A stretch of DNA of 64,000 nucleotides. Origin: Phyllosticta citribraziliensis. Its lineage: Eukaryota. The notes below the pieces were generated by a model. That model saw nothing but the letters and a program-made list of their open reading frames with translations. It had not been told where the DNA came from and made no database searches. The stretch covers positions 186,001 to 250,000 of the forward strand of contig NW_027117342.1 in assembly GCF_038025025.1 (NCBI RefSeq), read 5' to 3'. Both the position numbers and the translations under genes were made by a program. This document shows, one piece after another, positions 57,803-64,000 of the stretch (positions within the stretch are counted from its first letter, which is position 1; every line of letters begins with the position of its first letter).

Positions 57803-60517
57803 CTATATGTCCTTGTCGCGCGGACGCTCTCTGTCGCGCCCGCGATCCGATGTCGTTTTCTCGTCGCTGCTGCTGATTTCGGCGCCGGTCGACTTGGCCT
57901 TGGTGTCCTTTTTCTTTTCGTCTTCGGCCCAGCTCATGCTAGCGGTGCCGTCCCCAAATGAGGAGGATGATGTGTCGTCGTCGCTCGTCTTGTCGTCCTT
58001 CTTGTCGCCCTTCTTGTTGTCCTTGGTGTCGTCTTTGTCATCGCCCTTGGTGTCGTCCTTGGTGTCGTCCTTGGTGTCGTCCTTTTCTTTCGATTCACTT
58101 TCTTCCTCCTTCTCTTCTCTCTCCTTTGATTCCTCCTCCGTGTCAGGACCTGCAGTCTTCTTCGCGCTTCCATCCTTCTTCTCCTCATCCTTAGGCTTGT
58201 CCTCATTCGTTCCCTCTTCCTTGCCCTTTTCCTTCTTCTTATCCGTCTTTTCCCCCTCATCTGGCGGTGGTAACACCTCACCCATATAGCTCTTGCGTCC
58301 CTTCTCAGGCGGCTTCTTCTCCTGTGCCTTTGGCACTCCACCACCCTTCTTCTTATCGTCGCCCAACTCTTCGGCCTCTATCGCATCCTTCTCGCTCTTC
58401 GCCATTCCCTTCTCCCGCTCCCACACCTCTTCGCCTTCGTCTCCAAAGCAGAAAAGATCACGTGCGCTGCCTCCTTCTACTTTGCGCCTCTTGCCTTCTG
58501 GCGGTGGACCGCAGCCTCCGATGGCCTCGCGGAATTTGCGCGTCACCTCTTCAGCCACGGTACGCGCATCCTCAATCAAAACGTCCGTTCCGTTGTGCAG
58601 AAGCAAGGGCAACGCGTTGAGCTCGGGAGGGTCGCCGTCAAAGGGTAGGACCTGGTGCAAGGGCATGCCCCTGGATGCTAGACTGAGCTCGTCATGCAGC
58701 GGCGGTTTGTGTGCGTCCGTGTCGCCTGTCAGGAAGGGGGAAGCATTGCTGCTTTTGCGTTTGGTCTTTGGGGAAGAATCGTCGCCCGCGGCGTCGTCAT
58801 CATCATCATGGCTGTCGGGCGAGGGAAGACTGCCTTCAGGAGGCTGGTAGAGCTCATTGTGCACCGTAACCAAGGCATGGGTAGCTGGATCGATGCCAGG
58901 GTAGTGCAAAAAGTAGTTGCGCGCGCGCATCAGCTCGAGAAAGTATTCCATCCAGCTTGGCTGGCTTTCGTGGACGGTTCGAGGTCGGGGTGTCGGATCT
59001 TTTTGTAGCTCAAAGGCTGCGAGGCGGTTGGCCAGGAAAGAATGGATCTCGCTCCACTTGTCGCCAAAATAAAGCGCCGCATTGGAGTTGGGAGCCACCC
59101 AGGTAAATGGCGTTGGCTCGTCCATGTATTCCTGCACCTGGTATTTTTCGTTCCGCATCGATGACACGAGAGGCGGTTCAAATGCCGTCGTCCCATTCAG
59201 GTGGAACTGCGGGACCTCCAAGCTGATGCCAAGGAAGTGACCTTTGTCGTGTCCCGCATAGGGCGAGTACTTGTACTCGAGGAGATGGAACATCAAGTAC
59301 TGGTAGTATAAGGGAGACAATTCCGTATTCGCGTTGAGAAGCATGACGTGCGCGTCAGCTGGGTCTGTGGGATAAAAAGATTCCAAAAATCGTATCGATA
59401 CTTCTTCCTCGGACAGCCTCTTTCTCGGGATTCGGTGCTTGAGGATAATCTGGTTTACGTGAGGTCGAAGCGCACTGGGCATGGGGTTCGGCGGCCACAC
59501 GACGCGCTCCAAGAATCGCAGCGTTGGGGGGTCGATGTCGGCGGGGAGGTCGATCAGGATCCTTGGCGGTACCAAGCCCGCATAGTCTGCCGCCGTGATT
59601 GATTTGACGAGTCTGACCAGGGATCCGGACGATTTTGGCGGAGCGTGGATGAGAATGTCGACGGTTGGTCGGTGCCACGACTTGAGCGAGCCTGTGTCAA
59701 GTCGCGTCAACCACTCCAAAGTGTCGGCTCTATTCCTTGGGATTTCGATGATTGGGACGTTGTGCTCTCTAGTCTTTTGGGCCATGCCCTTGACAAAGGG
59801 AAGATCTTCGCGTTGCGGGTCGTCTGTGATGACGACTTGGGGGTGCATGAAGTTGTGGATGTGGCCCATGGCTGCTTTGACAGCAGCCTCTGCTCGTCTG
59901 TCCGAACTGAAAAGAACATAGTCTGGGCGCGCGTCGTGCCAGATGACGGCGCATCCCTCCTTGTCGATGCCGTTGACTTCGAGGATGTCGCCGAGCGGAA
60001 CGTCGTTGCGACCCATGACGGCAAAGTGAACAAAGTTGCGGTTCCACTTGGCCATTTCGCAGGCCATGGGCAACAGCGCCGACACGCTCTGCAGATTTGA
60101 CGCGGCGAATAGCGCGTTTCTATTCTTCTCGCGGAGGCCATTGGTGGAGGTGATTTTGTGGAGCGAGTCGGCGAGGTCGAAGAACTTTATTTTTCCGCCA
60201 TAGAAATGGTTTGCTTGAACATTGTCATCGGTATCGGGGTCTCGCGGGGGAGGGCCTTCAGGCGGACTGGCGCGGGTCGGTCTGAAGGAGCTGGCCCACG
60301 AACTGCCGCCGCGAGGCACTGGCGCATCGTCATCGGACGAGGACGAAGCTAGCGCGCGCAAAAGAAAGAGCAGAGACACGGCAGCCAGCACGATGATTGT
60401 TCTTCGTCGGCGGTAGTGTATTGGAATGTGGCGAGCCCACGGACGCTTGGAGCCCGGCTTGTGATCGTCGTCCTTCTTCCCCAGCTCTTCATCGGTCGAA
60501 AAGAGGCGAGACGACAT
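57803..60517 (-). CDS. Type II membrane glycosyltransferase family 2-like protein with a long charged C-terminal tail
   Basis: N-terminal DEELGKKDDDHK, single TM segment, NFVHFAVMGR, WHDARPD, GSLVRLVKS, FLESFYP, LEYKY, APNSNAALYFGDKW. Confidence 0.72.
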   Translation of the reverse strand: MSSRLFSTDEELGKKDDDHKPGSKRPWARHIPIHYRRRRTIIVLAAVSLLFLLRALASSSSDDDAPVPRGGSSWASSFRPTRASPPEGPPPRDPDTDDNVQANHFYGGKIKFFDLADSLHKITSTNGLREKNRNALFAASNLQSVSALLPMACEMAKWNRNFVHFAVMGRNDVPLGDILEVNGIDKEGCAVIWHDARPDYVLFSSDRRAEAAVKAAMGHIHNFMHPQVVITDDPQREDLPFVKGMAQKTREHNVPIIEIPRNRADTLEWLTRLDTGSLKSWHRPTVDILIHAPPKSSGSLVRLVKSITAADYAGLVPPRILIDLPADIDPPTLRFLERVVWPPNPMPSALRPHVNQIILKHRIPRKRLSEEEVSIRFLESFYPTDPADAHVMLLNANTELSPLYYQYLMFHLLEYKYSPYAGHDKGHFLGISLEVPQFHLNGTTAFEPPLVSSMRNEKYQVQEYMDEPTPFTWVAPNSNAALYFGDKWSEIHSFLANRLAAFELQKDPTPRPRTVHESQPSWMEYFLELMRARNYFLHYPGIDPATHALVTVHNELYQPPEGSLPSPDSHDDDDDAAGDDSSPKTKRKSSNASPFLTGDTDAHKPPLHDELSLASRGMPLHQVLPFDGDPPELNALPLLLHNGTDVLIEDARTVAEEVTRKFREAIGGCGPPPEGKRRKVEGGSARDLFCFGDEGEEVWEREKGMAKSEKDAIEAEELGDDKKKGGGVPKAQEKKPPEKGRKSYMGEVLPPPDEGEKTDKKKEKGKEEGTNEDKPKDEEKKDGSAKKTAGPDTEEESKEREEKEEESESKEKDDTKDDTKDDTKGDDKDDTKDNKKGDKKDDKTSDDDTSSSSFGDGTASMSWAEDEKKKDTKAKSTGAEISSSDEKTTSDRGRDRERPRDKDI

Positions 60518-61580
60518 GGCGCAGGGCGAGGGCTGCAACCTGTATTCACCAGCAACCTATCATGTAAGCCGAGAGCGGGCGGACCGAGCTTTAGTGGACG
60601 CAAGTGGTGACCATGGTCTGTCTGAGCGAGTGGAGCGGGTCAACGTGGCCAGAAGCCGAGCGAAGACGGTTTTCGCGAGGCGAGACGTTCGAGGGAGCAG
60701 GGCAGCCAGGGAGCGGATGAGAAGCGCAGAGCGATGGAGAATCGGCTCGGCCAGGTGAGGTGTTTGGAAGCTCTGCCTGAGCTGAGCTCCAGAGGGGCAC
60801 CGAAGCCAGGGCTGGGCGACGCACGCTCTCGGGAGCTCGGCGATGTGCTACCAGGATGTCGAGGGCTGTTGTTTCAACACCGCGCACATCATGTCTCAGC
60901 CTTCTGCACGCCAGACGACGAATCTTGATAACGCCCTTTGTTCGCTGCGGTTGCAAACAACGTCCTCCTCAGACCCCGTAACTCCATCATTCGACATCTT
61001 TCCCATCACATTCACTTCAACCGACTCCATTCTGCGGGACGGGAGAGCATCAACAATGTGGAGAGCGGGACTCCACTGACAACACAGCCGGCGCGCTAGT
61101 CCTTTTTGGACCGTCACCGTGAATTCGACACCTCCAATCCTCAATCAGCATTCGGTCAATCATCATCACCCATTTGGATCCCGCTCTCTATCACAGACCA
61201 CCGTCGGTACGACCCGTCCGTGTGCCGCCCGGGAGCAGCCCAACCAGGTACATAGTCTGTACAGAGACTGGGCATCGCAGCTGAAGAGCCCATTCCACGT
61301 CACCATGCCACGTTGCCAGTAATGGTTCTGTATACCAAGAAGCTGAAAGCTCCAGTCGACCACGGTATCTCTGTGGTGAAACCAAGTCGTGAACCAACAG
61401 GACGTCTACCTCTTCTTCTGCAACCCCAATGCTCTACAAAAGCCCTCGAGATTTGAGAAAGCGCCAGTACGCCAAATGCCTGCAATCATCCTTCCCACAG
61501 CCGCTCATGAGGCAAGACTTTTGCTACTGCCCCTCGTGCCCCTCGTGAAAACAAAGCTCTTCCATCATATCAACATCTCT

Positions 61581-63187
61581 CTACGGCCTCCACGGCCCGC
61601 CAGCCTGTCCTAGGCTAGCCTCGACCACCTTTTCCCTGCAGTCTCCCACCTTCTGGGCCTCAAACAAGATGGCCTTTTGAATTTCTTGGAACAGCTGCGC
61701 CAGCTCCCTGAGCCTGGTCTCCCTCGCACTGACTCCGTCGACATTGCCTCGCGCCATCGACTCCTGCAGCTGCTGCATCGTCGTTGATTCCACCGTCCTC
61801 AGGTGCTGCTCGATTTCCATGAGCAGCCGCGCCTGCGTCTCCAGCGTCTTGTCCAGGTCCTTTGCTTGTGCGGTGAAATAGGCCACGAGGTCCGTGTTGC
61901 CATCGTCGTCGTCGGATAAGGCGTCGCTCTTGGCCTTGGTCGGTTGCTGTACCGGGTTCCACATCGACCCAGAGTAGTGGTACTGCGCGGGAAGTTTGAG
62001 GTTCTCAATCACGCGGAAGGCTATGCGCGCATTCTCGGCGTCCGTCTTGAAAGTCTCCTTGAGCGACGCGATTGCTTGGCTGTCGTTGTCCAATGCCGCT
62101 TCGACAGCCTCGACCTTGGTGTTGACGAATTCCACGTCACTAGGCAAGTATGAGAGGCTCTCCTTGATCCGTCCGTCGATGAATGCTGCGCACTTGTCGT
62201 GCGCCTGGATCTGATCCTGGATGAATTGGTCGTACTTTTCGATTTCCTTTTGGAGGTCGTCGTGGAGATCGGAGAAACGCGTCGAACCGCGGATATTGCT
62301 GAGATCTATGCGAACACCGGGCACCGTTTGCTGGTTCGTAGAGGCACCTCCGAGCAGGCCGCCGCTAAAACCTGTCGTGGATGAATTCGCTCCAGCAGCT
62401 CCGGCACCGAAAAGACCACCGGGAAGGCCTGTCGTGGATTGGTTTGTAGGAGCAGATTGGCCGCCGAGACCCCCGAACAAGCCACCGCCGGTCTGATTTG
62501 TGCCACCACCGCCGGCTCCAAACAGTCCCTGTGGTTGATTGTTCATGGCACCGCCGAAAGCGCTCTGCTGTGGTTGGGAGGTGTTGTTGGTGGAGGAGCC
62601 GAAGAGAGAGGGTTTGTTTTGGGTTGCGCTGCTGCCGCTGTAGAATATATTAACGAGGATTCCCTTTTGTCATCATGCAGGGGCTCAACGTACAACAAAG
62701 AAGGCGCCGAAGGTTGGCTTGCTTGCGCATTGCCAAACAGCCCCCCGCCTTGCTGTTGTTGTGGCTGCGACGAGGTGGTTGTACCGCCTCCGAACAGTCC
62801 ACCACCAGGAGCACTCGTAGCCGTACTCGACCCGAAAAGCCCGCCACCCGTCGTCGTTGCTGCTTGTCCTCCGCCAAAGAGACCTCCCCCGGGAGCACTG
62901 GTAGCCGTGTTTGACCCAAAGAGACTGCTCCCAGATGTGTTTGTCTGCGCGGGCTTGTTTTGTCCAAACAGGCCCCCGCCAGAAGTGTTTGCTCCAGAGC
63001 CGAAGAGCCCTCCGCCCTGCGCAGATGTTCCGCCAAGGCCTGTGCTCTGCGGCTGGCTAGTATTGTTGCCGCTGAAAAAGAGCCGTGTCAGCGGAATCCA
63101 ACAGGTGAAGCAAGGGACTGCTCACAAGAGCCCTCCTCCAGTGTTTATGGTCAAGCCGCCGGACTTGCCAAGTCCGCCGAAGGACAT
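61581..63187 (-). CDS. NUP49: GLFG nucleoporin Nup49; exons 63187-63126, 63071-62694, 62637-61581
   Basis: Many GGLFG/SLFG repeats, then VPGVRIDLSNIRGSTRFSDLHDDLQKEIE and a coiled coil (NLKLPAQY). Confidence 0.85.
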
Positions 63188-63523
63188 GATTGCGGCGTGA
63201 TAATTCGAGGAGGTGCGGAAAGTCGGAGAGGGATCGAGTGTGGCACAAATGGGACTGTTGGCGAGTGAGGCGTTGGCGAGGAGTGTCGAGGCAGAGGTTG
63301 GTGCGGTTGGTGAATGTTTTGGCGGTATGAGGTCGCGTCGCGAAAAGCAGAGCTCCAGTCCTAGCTCCGCTGCGCTAGCACCAACCAACCAACCACAACT
63401 CTACCTGCGCACCTCAGCTCTTCGTCACCACATTCGAATCTTGCCAAAAGCGACGTTGCACTCGTTCCTTGAATACTCTCGGCTTCTTGCATTGCTTCTG
63501 ATATCTCCGAACGTTTCGCGACC

Positions 63524-64000
63524 ATGGAGGAAGACGACGATTTCTACGGCGACGACTCGACCCCAGTCACGAAGAAGGATGAGGAGCCCACCAATGGTGA
63601 AGACGAGAACAAGGATGAAAAGATGGATGAATCGCTAGAAGAAGGAGAGGAAGAGGAAGACAGCGACGATTCGGTGCGTCAAGGGCCTGGATTGTCCCAA
63701 GTTGCGCTTCGCTGACCTTGCACCTCAGGACATTGAAATTATCACCGAAAGCAAAGATGCGCCAGCACCAGAGCTATCGTACGTCTTTGAGGCAACCCTT
63801 TGGGCCGGCTGGTAGCTGACGAGACGCAGAAGAGGAGCCAGTTTCAACCAGCCGTTCAACAAATCCGAGCCGACGCGCACCGCATCCGCCGACCCTTCCA
63901 AAGCACAAGGCAGCGCTCACGCAGCGCCGAGCAGCGGCGCCAACAAGAGCAGCGCCCCCGGCGCACCGCAAAAGCCCGGGTCGGCCTACCCAGAAGTACG
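63524..64000 (+). CDS. FIP1: Pre-mRNA polyadenylation factor Fip1, 5' part only; exons 63524-63673, 63729-63778, 63830->64000
   Basis: Acidic N-terminus MEEDDDFYG...EEEDSDDS|DIEIITE resembles fungal Fip1; the diagnostic Fip1 motif lies beyond the window. Confidence 0.6.

Noticed and set aside
1..64000. tRNA, rRNA, CRISPR arrays, AT-rich RIP relics, secondary-metabolite cluster
   Set aside because: None recognised by eye; tRNAscan-SE and cmscan would be needed to exclude small RNAs

Overview
Eukaryotic, GC-rich, intron-containing DNA from a filamentous ascomycete (Pezizomycotina, plausibly a Dothideomycete; the class is an inference). About 24 protein-coding genes were reconstructed by hand from GT..CTRAY..AG introns. 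They are a HET-domain gene, CHO2, URB1, an eIF4E-binding Eap1/4E-T-like protein, an EF-hand alternative NADH dehydrogenase, AP-3 beta, PPG1, GID8, URK1, ALG3, an EIF1AD-like protein, an MFS transporter, RDI1, a Bqt4-like protein, EGT1, a GT2-like protein, NUP49, a partial FIP1 and several unknowns. The main finding is at the Rho-GDI gene: its 3,788-nt first intron holds an intronless ~873-codon orphan ORF on the same strand. That intron is bracketed by a 19-bp inverted repeat just inside the donor and just before the branch point, which would loop out the nested gene and leave a normal-sized effective intron. Second, two consecutive GID8 introns each carry a box C/D snoRNA, one SNORD79-like and one with two rRNA guides. 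All family assignments come from motif recognition, not database searches.
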